A stretch of DNA of 64,000 nucleotides, from NCBI GenBank assembly GCA_035502355.1, contig DATJUM010000194.1, positions 6,483 through 70,482 of the forward strand, in the 5' to 3' direction. This document shows, one piece after another, positions 45,512-54,789 of this stretch (positions are counted from its first letter, which is position 1; each line of letters begins with the position of its first letter). The position numbers and the translations under genes are program-made. Source of the DNA: Rhizomicrobium sp. GTDB taxonomy: Bacteria; Pseudomonadota; Alphaproteobacteria; Micropepsales; Micropepsaceae. The notes beneath the pieces were generated by a model. That model made no database searches and was not told where the DNA came from. It saw only the letters and a list, made by a program, of their open reading frames with translations.

Positions 45512-45934
45512 GACGGAATTCCCTTAACGTCGCATCCGCGGCCGCCTTCGGCCCTCGGAAAGCCGGGCTATCTAGCGGAAGCGTCCCGCCAAGGCAACCC
45601 GGGACTGCGACTCTTTGATCCGCCGCCGCGTACGGACGGCATAACAGCGATTTTAACAGCGGCTTTCGCGGCGTATGGCGGCGCGCACGTCGTCGAATGC
45701 TTTGTAATGCACCAAGTGTGGAGATGTAACGGAGTTTGTTCGGCAGCATACTCTGAACAACGCCCCCAGTTGCCATGGCCCGGACGCTGCTTCGGCTTCG
45801 GCGGACAATCGATGGCAAATCGCGCCCGCCGCACCATCGCCGATCGGGACGGCCGGGGTTTCACGGCGGCGCGTGATCGTGAAGACCGGATGGACGCGAT
45901 TTGCCGGATGGGCTGCCGCCTCCCGAACGGCGCC

Positions 45935-46372
45935 TCAGCAGCTGCTGTTGGCGTCGAATGTCGCGTCGTCCGCGTCGGTTGATTCGCCGCCTTCGATATA
46001 GTCGAAGGCGCCCTTCTTGCCGATCTGGCCGCTGCTGGCGGTGGCGGAGAAGACATAAGAGGCGATGGACGCATCGCTGCCGGGCGCTTCGATGTAGATC
46101 AGGATGATGGGACCGATAACGGCGAACTGGCCGCTGGTGTTCGTGTTGTGATCCAGCACTGCATAGCCGCTGTGAGTCCAACCGACGCTGCCGTCGTCGG
46201 TCAACGCTATGCAATGCGTGGTATTGGGGCCGTGTCCATTATACCCTTCGCTGGTGACGTAAACGTCGTGAGTGAGATGGACTTTCCAGCTGCCCGTGTA
46301 GCCGCCGCTGGCCGCCATGGCGGTTCCGGCGGCCATGGATAGAATGGCGGCGCATGCAAAAAGCATTTTCAT
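45935..46372 (-). CDS. small secreted hypothetical protein
   Basis: ATG 46372 after AGAGGGAA. Signal peptide MKMLFACAAILSMAAGTAMAAS. 145 aa. No family recognised. Confidence 0.55.
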   Translation of the reverse strand: MKMLFACAAILSMAAGTAMAASGGYTGSWKVHLTHDVYVTSEGYNGHGPNTTHCIALTDDGSVGWTHSGYAVLDHNTNTSGQFAVIGPIILIYIEAPGSDASIASYVFSATASSGQIGKKGAFDYIEGGESTDADDATFDANSSC

Positions 46373-46709
46373 CGCTGAAGTTCCCTCTGAGAGCATGCAC
46401 CTTCAACATCCCCGCATAAACCCTTAAGACGGATGGCGGGCGCATCGGGTTACAGCCTCGGACGAAAAAATTTGGACGCCCGGGACGTAATCCCGGGAAA
46501 TGCACTGCGTTTGCCTTTGCCTGGGATAACAACTGCCCGTAGCAGCACGCCTTGTCTGTCCCGGCCTGGGGCTTTTCGGCCTGACGCGCGTTTGGCGAGG
46601 CGGCGGGCGGGACGCCGTGGACCCGGGACGGTTGGTGCGCGGGCCAGGGCGGCGGTCGCCCGTCGGGTGGGGATCGCGCTAGTTCTGAAGCTGGCGAAGG
46701 AGGTGCGAA

Positions 46710-46859
46710 TTGACCATCGGGACATGGCCGTTCGATCCGGGGCAAAATCTCAAACGATCCTGCGATGTTTTTTGGTTGGGATCGTGTCGGCTGTCGATCG
46801 CGCGCACGGGATGGCCGCAGTGGATGCTCGCCGCAAACGGAGATCTGATTGATGGATGA
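46710..46859 (+). CDS. possible 49-aa upstream ORF coupled to the next gene
   Basis: TTG 46710 lies 6 nt after GAAGGAGG. Its stop TGA (46857-46859) overlaps the ATG at 46852 by 8 nt. It is Trp/Cys-rich (TIGTWPFDPGQNLKRSCDVFWLGSCR...). The third-position GC bias is only moderate. Confidence 0.25.
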   Translation: MTIGTWPFDPGQNLKRSCDVFWLGSCRLSIARTGWPQWMLAANGDLIDG

Positions 46860-47715
46860 GGACGCGTCGCCGGGCGGCACGGAAAAGCCGAAAAAGGAAT
46901 CCGGCATCGCCGCGCTCATCAACTCGCCAGCGGGCGTGACACTGCTCGGATTTTTCCTCACCGGCGTGCTCGGCGCGCTCGTGTCCTTCAGCGTGAACGC
47001 GTTCCAACGCTGGGACCAGCAGCAGACGCAGACGCTCGCCGAGCGCGAAAGCGAACTCTCAAGCGTCAACAAGCAATTCGTCGGCGCGATCGTGCAGCGC
47101 ACCTTCTATACCGACGCCGTGCTGCAGGCCATCGGCCAGTCGAAAGTGGGAAGCGATCTCGACGCCGCCTGGCCGCGCTACGAAACCGCCTATCAGGCGG
47201 AGCTGGCCGCCGTCTGGCAGAATCATTTGAACATCGAAGGCCATCTCGAAGACGATCCGGCGCCCACCGGCAACAATGGCTGGCAGCCCTTCTGGTATTA
47301 TCTCGATCTCGTCATCCAGCCGCGCTACCAGGAAATGGATCAGTGCCTGCGCGCCGTCCATGGCGCTTATTTGTCAACCGGCGGCCCGCAGGCGGACAGA
47401 ATGAAGGTGGCGCAACGCATCCTTCAGGGCTGCGAGACGAACTATCACTGGGATCATCTGGGCAAGGCGCAGAAAGCATCGGTGGCGCTGTGGGACCATT
47501 TCGAGACCTGCCTCGAAAGTTTCACCTATCATCTGGATGTGAGCGCCAGGATCCAGCGGCAGGTGTGGAAGGCGGACGAGACCTCTGTTTCGCTGCCCGA
47601 CCCAGCCACCTGCGACAAGGGCGATCCCATCTGCCTGCAGGCGCGGTTTCTGGTTGGCCTCAAGGACAGCCTCGCCGAGGATTGCGGGCCGCTGCCGCCG
47701 GGACAGGAGGATTGA
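46852..47715 (+). CDS. single-pass membrane protein, unknown function
   Basis: A charged N-terminus, one TM helix (VTLLGFFLTGVLGALVSFSV), then a ~230-aa helical, Cys-containing domain. Strong third-position GC bias. Confidence 0.6.
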   Translation: MDEDASPGGTEKPKKESGIAALINSPAGVTLLGFFLTGVLGALVSFSVNAFQRWDQQQTQTLAERESELSSVNKQFVGAIVQRTFYTDAVLQAIGQSKVGSDLDAAWPRYETAYQAELAAVWQNHLNIEGHLEDDPAPTGNNGWQPFWYYLDLVIQPRYQEMDQCLRAVHGAYLSTGGPQADRMKVAQRILQGCETNYHWDHLGKAQKASVALWDHFETCLESFTYHLDVSARIQRQVWKADETSVSLPDPATCDKGDPICLQARFLVGLKDSLAEDCGPLPPGQED

Positions 47716-47837
47716 GGAGGGGCTGCTTGAGCGGTTGTGCCTCCGCACGCAATTCTTGACAGCGAAATTTGGCGGGCATGTGAGCCTCTGTCAGGCGTGC
47801 CGTGGTGGTAGATGCCTGCCGGACCTGTCGGTCTGTG

Positions 47838-49649
47838 CTATTTCTCATACGCCCCTACATCGATTGCGCCGTTCCTGATGCGTGGATCACCCAGGAAATC
47901 CACGTTGCCGACAATACTTTCGTCGAGCGTTTCGCCCGCGCCGACCGCGGGGGATTTGGCCTTTATGTCGAGGTCCGGAGGGTTCCCGAGATGGACGAAA
48001 TCCGGATTTGCGAACTGCGAGTGCTGGTCCTCGTCCGAGCCGTCCTGGTAGTTCGAAAAACCTGTGTAATGCTTTCTCTGCCACGTGAATTCTGCTCGCC
48101 CGGCTCCGACCTTCGCATAATAGAGATTGTAATCGAGCGCAGCGGGGTGGGGCGTACTGTCGGTAAAGTCGTTGACGAGCAGGCTTTGGGGGCCAGCATA
48201 GGCGATGTTGTTGACGACCCGGTTCTGCGTGGCGTGGAACTGGATCTGGATCTCGCCGCTACCCGTGTGTTTGGTGTCGTTGTTCCACAGCGTATTGTTG
48301 ACGACGACGAAACGGTTCGTGCCGCCGCGCTTCTCGCCGTATCCGCCGATGGAAACGCCGGCGCTGTTGCCGGAATAGACGACATTGTTGCGCGCGATCA
48401 CGTCGCTCGTCACGTGATCCTTGTGCTCACTCGCGAGTTCGATGCCGAGATCGTCATTGTGCACGAGATTCTGCTCGATGACGATGTTGCGCCCGCCATC
48501 CACATAGATGCCGTCGGATTCGTATTGTTTGCCGTAGTCGGGATTGCCGTATGACGTAATATCGTACACCGTGTTGCCGCGGATCTCGCCATAGCGTGCC
48601 TGGTCGTAGCGCGGGTCGGGCGAGACACGCTCGAAGCCGATTGCGCCGATGCCGATATTGTCGTCGTCATGGACGACGTTGCTCACGACGGCGAAATCCT
48701 TGACGTTGCCGTCGAGCGACAGCGTCTCGCTGCAACCGGTCTTCATGCGATAAAGTTCGTTGCCGCTGATCGCGAGCCCCTCGATCGCCTGCGGCGCCCT
48801 CGTGCCATGGACGGTAAGCCCGAACGCGTCCGAGCCGCATTGCCGCGGGTCGGTCTTCGCGGTGGTCCAGATATCGTGGATGCGGTTGTTGACGATCTGG
48901 TCTCCACGCCCCGCGCCGAGCACATAGATGCCGATGGGGACGTCCTTGAGACTGGTAGTCTTGTAATTGCGCAGTTCGAAGCCGGTAACGATCACATCGC
49001 TCACATTCTTGAGCGTGACGAGACCCCACTGGCCGCCCGGAACGTCGAGCCCCGTTCCGTCGAGGATCGCGGTTTCGCCGGGATAGTTCGCGAAAGTGAT
49101 GTCGCCGTTTGCCTTGTCCCCCGAGACGTGAAAGTGGACATGCTCGTGATAGACGCCGCCCTGTACCAGTACGGTGTCGCCGGCCATGGCCACATCCGCC
49201 GCGTGCTGCACCGTCCGCCACGGCGCATTGATGGAGCCGTTGTTGGAATTAATGCCGCCGGTCGCGACGTAATACGTCGTGCCGCTCGGCGCCTGCGCGA
49301 GGAGTGTAATCGATGCGGTCGCGGAAACCTGGCGGTTCGCCCGCGCCTCAGCCGTGATCGTGACGAGCGCGGGATTTGGGAGCGTCTGTGGCGGCGTATA
49401 AAGCCCGGATGTCCAGATGGTTCCGGATTGGGCCGCACCGCCATCCGCATTGTCGCCCTGCCAGACGACGCGGGTGTCGCTGGCGCCCGAAACCGTGGTG
49501 GTGAACTGCAGCGTCTGGCCGGCAACGAGCTGGACGTAAGACGGTGAAATGCTGATTGTTACAGAGGCCTTGGCCGCGAGCGGGCAGAGTATAAGGACGG
49601 CGGCGCGCCAGCCCGCGGCTCCGACTGCAATCTTTATCCGCATGTCCAT
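47838..49649 (-). CDS. secreted right-handed parallel beta-helix protein with N-terminal Ig-like domain
   Basis: Signal peptide, then a Big2-like segment (VQLVAGQTLQFTTTVSG...). Next comes YYVATGG...APWRTVQHAADVAMAGDTVLVQGGVY, followed by repeated NN..H../I.GN turns typical of pectate-lyase-fold proteins. Confidence 0.75.
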   Translation of the reverse strand: MDMRIKIAVGAAGWRAAVLILCPLAAKASVTISISPSYVQLVAGQTLQFTTTVSGASDTRVVWQGDNADGGAAQSGTIWTSGLYTPPQTLPNPALVTITAEARANRQVSATASITLLAQAPSGTTYYVATGGINSNNGSINAPWRTVQHAADVAMAGDTVLVQGGVYHEHVHFHVSGDKANGDITFANYPGETAILDGTGLDVPGGQWGLVTLKNVSDVIVTGFELRNYKTTSLKDVPIGIYVLGAGRGDQIVNNRIHDIWTTAKTDPRQCGSDAFGLTVHGTRAPQAIEGLAISGNELYRMKTGCSETLSLDGNVKDFAVVSNVVHDDDNIGIGAIGFERVSPDPRYDQARYGEIRGNTVYDITSYGNPDYGKQYESDGIYVDGGRNIVIEQNLVHNDDLGIELASEHKDHVTSDVIARNNVVYSGNSAGVSIGGYGEKRGGTNRFVVVNNTLWNNDTKHTGSGEIQIQFHATQNRVVNNIAYAGPQSLLVNDFTDSTPHPAALDYNLYYAKVGAGRAEFTWQRKHYTGFSNYQDGSDEDQHSQFANPDFVHLGNPPDLDIKAKSPAVGAGETLDESIVGNVDFLGDPRIRNGAIDVGAYEK

Positions 49650-49746
49650 CCTCCTCGCCCAGATAACGGCCGAGTTTACGCTTTTGCAGGTTGAAACCAG
49701 CTATTCCCGTCTTTAGGCTTAAGCGTGATTTTCCCGACAGGATACC

Positions 49747-50727
49747 ATGCACCTCGAAAAGCGCGTGCTTGTGACCGGCGGAGCCGGATTTCTCGGTTCG
49801 CATCTCTGCGAGCGGCTCGTCGAGTCCGGCGCGCATGTCATCTGCGTCGACAATTTCTTCACCGGCGCGCACCAAAATGTCCAGCATCTCGTGGGCCATC
49901 CGCATTTCGAGCTGATCCGCCACGACATCACCTTCCCGCTCTATGTCGAGGTCGATGAAATCTACAATCTCGCCTGTCCGGCCTCGCCCATCCATTACCA
50001 GCGCGATCCGGTGCAGACCACCAAGACGAGCGTCATCGGCGCCATCAATATGCTCGGCCTCGCCAAACGGGTGAAGGCGCGCATTTTCCAGGCTTCCACC
50101 TCCGAAGTGTATGGCGATCCGGAAATCCATCCGCAGACGGAGAATTATTGGGGCAACGTCAATCCGGTTGGTCCGCGCTCGTGCTACGATGAGGGCAAGC
50201 GCTGCGCGGAGACGCTGTTCTTCGATTACCGGCGCCAGCACGGAATACCGATGAAGGTGTGCCGTATCTTTAACACTTACGGCCCGCGCATGCATCCCAA
50301 TGACGGACGCGTGGTGTCGAGCTTCATCGTGCAGGCGCTGACCGGGCGCGATATTACCGTGTTCGGCGAAGGAACGCAGACCCGTTCCTTCTGTTACGTG
50401 GACGATCTGATTGCAGGCTTCCTGAAACTGATGGCGACGCCCGCAGATGTGGTCGGTCCCGTCAATCTCGGCAACCCGAATGAGTTTACGATCATCGAGC
50501 TGGCCAATAAAGTCGTAAGCCTGACCGGGTCATCGTCGAAGATCGTCCATCGCGACCTGCCGCATGACGATCCGAAGCAGCGCCAGCCCGACATCAAAAA
50601 GGCACGGGAACTGCTGAATTGGACGCCGGAAGTGCCGCTCGAAGAAGGCCTGAAGCGCACGATCGTCTATTTTGACCGCCTGCTTGCCGATCGACGCGCT
50701 CGCGAAGTCGCCGGCCTGTCGGGCTGA
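49747..50727 (+). CDS. UDP-glucuronate decarboxylase (UDP-xylose synthase-type SDR)
   Basis: [18 protein letters not shown]...VDNFFTG...STSEVYGDP...YDEGKRCAE is the extended-SDR UXS family signature. Confidence 0.88.
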   Translation: MHLEKRVLVTGGAGFLGSHLCERLVESGAHVICVDNFFTGAHQNVQHLVGHPHFELIRHDITFPLYVEVDEIYNLACPASPIHYQRDPVQTTKTSVIGAINMLGLAKRVKARIFQASTSEVYGDPEIHPQTENYWGNVNPVGPRSCYDEGKRCAETLFFDYRRQHGIPMKVCRIFNTYGPRMHPNDGRVVSSFIVQALTGRDITVFGEGTQTRSFCYVDDLIAGFLKLMATPADVVGPVNLGNPNEFTIIELANKVVSLTGSSSKIVHRDLPHDDPKQRQPDIKKARELLNWTPEVPLEEGLKRTIVYFDRLLADRRAREVAGLSG

Positions 50728-50770
50728 GTCCGGCACAACGCAGTCTCCAGATCCTGGAAGGAGTTTTGGC

Positions 50771-51784
50771 GTGAATGTGCTTGTGACAGGTGGGGCAGGC
50801 TATGTCGGAAGTCACGCCTGTAGCGCGCTGCGCGCGGCCGGCTTCAATCCTGTTACCTATGACAATCTCTCCCGAGGATTTCGCGCGCTGGTCCGCTATG
50901 GGCCGTTCGAACAGGGTGACATTCTCGACGCGGCGCGGCTCGTCCAGATTCTGGAGCATTACCAGCCGATTGCGGTGATGCATTTCGCGGCTTTCGCCTA
51001 TGTCGGCGAGTCGGTGGACACCCCGCTCGATTATTACCGCAACAATTTCGCCGGTGCGCTGTCTCTGCTCCGCGCGATGCAGAGATGTGGGGTCAACCGG
51101 TTTGTTTTTTCCAGCACCTGTGCCGTCTATGGCACGACTGATACCCAGCCCATGCCGGAAAACCTTCCGCTTGCGCCCGTCAACCCCTATGGCCGCTCCA
51201 AGATGATGGTCGAGCAGGTGCTGCGGGATGCGGATACGGCCCATGGCATCAGATCGGTGTCGCTGCGCTATTTCAACGCTAGCGGTGCACATCCTTCCGG
51301 TGAGGTCGGCGAGCTGCACGAACCGGAAACGCATCTGATTCCGCGCGCGCTCATGGCGGCGAGCGGAGAGATCGACGCAATCGATATCTACGGCACCGAT
51401 TATCCCACGCCTGACGGCACGGCCATTCGTGATTACATCCATGTTTGCGATCTGGCAGATGCCCATGTTGCGGCATTGCGCTATCTGGAAGAGGGCGGGC
51501 AGACGGTCTCCCTCAATCTCGGAACCGGGCGCGGCCATTCCGTACGCGAAATTCTCGATGCGGTTACGCGCGCCACCGGCCGCGAGCCGCTCTCCCGGAT
51601 TGCGGCGAGACGGCCTGGCGATCCGTCCGTGCTTGTCGCCGATGCCGCAGCGGCGCGGCGAATCCTGCGTTTCGAGCCCAAATGGATTGAGATCGACGCC
51701 GTTATTTCTTCGGCATGGGAATGGCATTGCCGCCGGGCCGCGTTTTTTACAAATGAGCGGGCCGGCGAAGCGCCGGCCCGCTGA
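50771..51784 (+). CDS. galE: UDP-glucose 4-epimerase
   Basis: GTG 50771 after GGAAGGAG. Sequence [13 protein letters not shown]...SSTCAVYG...PYGRSK...RYFNASGA...DYIHVCDLA. Confidence 0.88.
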   Translation: MNVLVTGGAGYVGSHACSALRAAGFNPVTYDNLSRGFRALVRYGPFEQGDILDAARLVQILEHYQPIAVMHFAAFAYVGESVDTPLDYYRNNFAGALSLLRAMQRCGVNRFVFSSTCAVYGTTDTQPMPENLPLAPVNPYGRSKMMVEQVLRDADTAHGIRSVSLRYFNASGAHPSGEVGELHEPETHLIPRALMAASGEIDAIDIYGTDYPTPDGTAIRDYIHVCDLADAHVAALRYLEEGGQTVSLNLGTGRGHSVREILDAVTRATGREPLSRIAARRPGDPSVLVADAAAARRILRFEPKWIEIDAVISSAWEWHCRRAAFFTNERAGEAPAR

Positions 51785-51800
51785 TCCGACCACGCGGTTT

Positions 51801-52091
51801 TTACATTCCCGCGGTGGAACTCACGGCGGGCATCGATTGCAGGTCGCTGAGCGTCATATCGGCGATCAGGGTGTTGTTGTCCCTGTCGTAGCGCAGCTTG
51901 CTTGCGCTGACGGAGATCGTCTTGGCATGGCCGCCATCGTTCGACGTGAGCGTGATGTCGACCTTCGTCGGATGTCCGGCGTGCGACGTATGAACCACGG
52001 CCACCTGTCCGGCCGGCTGACCGTTTGAATCCTGCACCTGCGCGGAGGCAAGCAACGCATCGCGAAAACCCGCGTTCCGGACGCGCAGCAT
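51801..52091 (-). CDS. small hypothetical protein (96 aa)
   Basis: ATG 52091. Strong third-position GC bias and ordinary composition (…VAVVHTSHAGHPTKVDITLTSNDGGHAKTISVSASKLRYDRDNNTLIADM…). No signal peptide or recognised family. Confidence 0.45.
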   Translation of the reverse strand: MLRVRNAGFRDALLASAQVQDSNGQPAGQVAVVHTSHAGHPTKVDITLTSNDGGHAKTISVSASKLRYDRDNNTLIADMTLSDLQSMPAVSSTAGM

Positions 52092-52156
52092 CGTATCCAA
52101 CAAAAGGCAGGGAAAAGCCACGGGTCGCAAGCAAATGTTGCGAACGCAGGCATGTG

Positions 52157-53116
52157 CTAATTGAAAAGACTCGAGACGCTCTCTTCGTTGTTGATCCGGC
52201 GCAGTGCCTCCGCGAGCAAGGGCGCAATGGAAATACGCCGTATGTTGGGGCATCTGCGCACTTCTTCGGTCGCGGCAATGGAGTCGGTCACAACGACGGA
52301 TTTGAGCCTTGAGGCATGGATGCGCGCGGCCGCCCCGCCCGAGAACACGCCATGCGTGGCATAGGCGTAGACTTCCTCGGCACCCTGTTCGATAAGCGCG
52401 TCGGCCGCATTGCACATCGTGCCACCGGAATCGACAATATCGTCCACGAGCAGGCAGACGCGCCCTCGGACATCACCGATGATGTTCATCACTTCCGATT
52501 CGCCAGCCCGTTCGCGCCTTTTGTCGACGATGGCGAGATCGGCACCAAGCCGTTTGGCGAGCGCGCGGGCGCGGACCACGCCGCCTACGTCGGGCGACAC
52601 CACCATCAAATCCCGGCCACCGAGATAATCCTCGATGTCCTTCGCGATCACGGGCTGGGCGTAGAGATTGTCGGTCGGGATATCGAAGAAGCCTTGTATC
52701 TGTCCCGCATGCAGATCGGCGGTGAGGACCCGGTTCGCGCCGGCCCCGGTGATCAGATTGGCGACGAGCTTGGCCGAGATGGGGGTGCGCGGCCCGACTT
52801 TGCGGTCCTGCCGCGCATATCCGAAATAAGGAATCACGGCAGTAATGCGCCGCGCACTCGCCCTTCTCAGCGCGTCGATGATGACGAGCAGTTCCATTAG
52901 ATTGTCGTTCGCGGGATAGCTGGTCGATTGCACGACAAACATATCCTCGCCGCGAACGTTTTCCTGCACCTCGACAAAAACTTCCATGTCCGCGAAGCGG
53001 CGCACCACGGCCTTGGTAAATGGAAGTTTGAGATGCTGCGCGATCGCTTCAGCCAGCGGACGGTTGGAATTCCCCGCCAGCAGCTTCATTCCCCGCGTAC
53101 CGTTCACTTCGCTCAT
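52157..53116 (-). CDS. prs: ribose-phosphate pyrophosphokinase
   Basis: …[17 protein letters not shown]…, [32 protein letters not shown]. The start is ATG 53116 (GGTGGAG SD) or 53089. Confidence 0.92.
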   Translation of the reverse strand: MSEVNGTRGMKLLAGNSNRPLAEAIAQHLKLPFTKAVVRRFADMEVFVEVQENVRGEDMFVVQSTSYPANDNLMELLVIIDALRRASARRITAVIPYFGYARQDRKVGPRTPISAKLVANLITGAGANRVLTADLHAGQIQGFFDIPTDNLYAQPVIAKDIEDYLGGRDLMVVSPDVGGVVRARALAKRLGADLAIVDKRRERAGESEVMNIIGDVRGRVCLLVDDIVDSGGTMCNAADALIEQGAEEVYAYATHGVFSGGAAARIHASRLKSVVVTDSIAATEEVRRCPNIRRISIAPLLAEALRRINNEESVSSLFN

Positions 53117-53441
53117 GAATGCGCTCCACCCAGCCTGTGAAACTTTGATGAACCCCGCGCCAAGGGCTTCTAGCAAGCGATTTCGCGCCGGTAAACCGGT
53201 TCGCTGCCGCTGCAGCCCTTAGCGCGTTGGCCCGGTGCCTCACGCGGATTGTCTGCGGGCGCCGAATTTCTGACCGGCTACCCGCCGAGCATCGGCTTTC
53301 CGTTCCTGAGTGCGATCCCGGGCAGCGTGTACGCCGCGGCCCCCAGCAGTTTCGTCGCAGGGTTGCGGACTCCAAATGTATGGGTGCGGCCGCCCTTGCC
53401 TTCGCCCGCACGGCTTCCCTCGTATTTCCAGTCCGTTTTCG

Positions 53442-53867
53442 TCAAAAAACGACATCGACACGCCAGATCACAACTGGGCGCCCCGGTTTGAGCGTTTGGG
53501 TTGGATCAGTCAGATAGCGCCAGACCACGTACCAGCCGGGGTGATTGTAATGGGATTGGATGGCCCACGCGCGGGTGCTCCCCTTCGATTCCAATGCCTG
53601 GGTGGGAGGCGGATCCAATTTGCCATTGAGGGAGAGGTCTGGAAACCGCTGCTGCGCCACGTCCGGGTGCTTGTGTTTCTTGTATGGGCTGACGGCATGG
53701 AGCGCTTTCACACCGAATATGCCGACGATGGCGCTGAAGACATTCGCCTGCTCGAAATACAGATCGATCAGTTCGGCCGTTTCATTCTCGACGTAGTCAA
53801 CGGCTTTAGCGATATGAAACGGTTTTAGATCCTTTGGTAGCGGCAAACTTTCCCCCGAGCTGCGCAA
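53442..53867 (-). CDS. PD-(D/E)xK nuclease-like protein (putative restriction endonuclease partner, probably truncated)
   Basis: 141-aa ORF with only TTG starts (53867 or 53846), overlapping the methyltransferase 3' end. It contains ...FPDLSLNGKLDPPPTQALESKGS (PD...ExK spacing). It stops right after a T6 run, and a protein-like frame continues to 53278. Confidence 0.45.
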   Translation of the reverse strand: MRSSGESLPLPKDLKPFHIAKAVDYVENETAELIDLYFEQANVFSAIVGIFGVKALHAVSPYKKHKHPDVAQQRFPDLSLNGKLDPPPTQALESKGSTRAWAIQSHYNHPGWYVVWRYLTDPTQTLKPGRPVVIWRVDVVF

Positions 53868-54789
53868 GCGGCGTCAGGCGCGCCAGCGCCGGAATCGCCT
53901 TCTTCGCGATGGAAAAGTAGGTAGCGTCATGTTCGATCCCGATGCTGGTGTACCCGACCGCGCTTGCCGCCGCGATCGTGGAGCCGCCGCCCATGAATGG
54001 ATCAGCCACGACCCCGCGGCCTAGGGGCAGGGCGCTGCGCACGATCTGCCGCATGAAACTCTGGGGTTTCAAAGATGGGTGCGGCGCTATCGCGCGCTCT
54101 TCGCTTCGAGTCGGCCCCGATTTGATGACATCGACAAATGGTTCTTCCCCCGAGATACGGCGCAGTCCACCTGTTCCCCATTTCCGCAAATTGTCCTGTA
54201 CGCGTCCCTCGCAGGGTTTCCGGAACAGGCCCCACGGCTCCCATGCTGAACGCGGCATGACAGAAACTTCGACAAATTCTTCGTGTGCATTCTTCGGGCG
54301 ATCTCCGCCGCGCAATGTCTGCACCAGTCGGATGATCTCGCCACGCTTTTCGAAACCCGCCCCGATCATGGGCAAGTAAACATGATGTGAAAGCAGGGGA
54401 TTGGTTGCGATAATTACATGCGCTCCCGGAACAAGAATCCGCATTGCTTCTTGCGCCAGCGTTCCGAAAAATCCACGCAACGCTGCATGGTCGTGGTCGC
54501 CCAGGACAGTGAAGCGGGGCAGCGGACTGCGCCTGCATCCGTCGAAGGACGGCGGAATACGCCAAACGCCGCCGCGCCCAGAACGGAGCTTCTGTTTCTC
54601 TGTTTCCGTGAATTCCTTCAAGCCATAGGGCGGGTCGGTAACGATGGCCTGAACTGAATTGGCAGGTTGCTTCCGCATCCATTCGAATGCATCGCCGAGA
54701 ACGATCTCATAGGGCGCCAGAACAACCGGGGCAGCGATCACCGATTCGACAGTACGCCCCAACCGAGCAACAGATTGCAAGCGCTGCAT
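53806..54789 (-). CDS. beta-class DNA methyltransferase (DPPY motif; probably N6-adenine)
   Basis: ATG 54789 after GGAG (the longer ORF starts at TTG 54837). Motif IV IVTDPPYGL lies before motif I VADPFMGGGSTIAAA, the beta-class order. Confidence 0.8.
   Translation of the reverse strand: MQRLQSVARLGRTVESVIAAPVVLAPYEIVLGDAFEWMRKQPANSVQAIVTDPPYGLKEFTETEKQKLRSGRGGVWRIPPSFDGCRRSPLPRFTVLGDHDHAALRGFFGTLAQEAMRILVPGAHVIIATNPLLSHHVYLPMIGAGFEKRGEIIRLVQTLRGGDRPKNAHEEFVEVSVMPRSAWEPWGLFRKPCEGRVQDNLRKWGTGGLRRISGEEPFVDVIKSGPTRSEERAIAPHPSLKPQSFMRQIVRSALPLGRGVVADPFMGGGSTIAAASAVGYTSIGIEHDATYFSIAKKAIPALARLTPLAQLGGKFAATKGSKTVSYR

Noticed and set aside
45512-45934. Long 5' region of rplY as a possible ribosomal leader or riboswitch
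   Set aside because: I could not identify a conserved structure or a known L25 autoregulatory element by eye. It needs a covariance-model scan before any claim.
51481-52415. 265-aa and 204-aa minus-strand ORFs spanning the galE 3' end and the prs downstream region
   Set aside because: The N-terminal parts are Arg-rich and overlap galE antisense. Only the last 96 codons (51801-52091) show coding-like composition, and these are reported separately.
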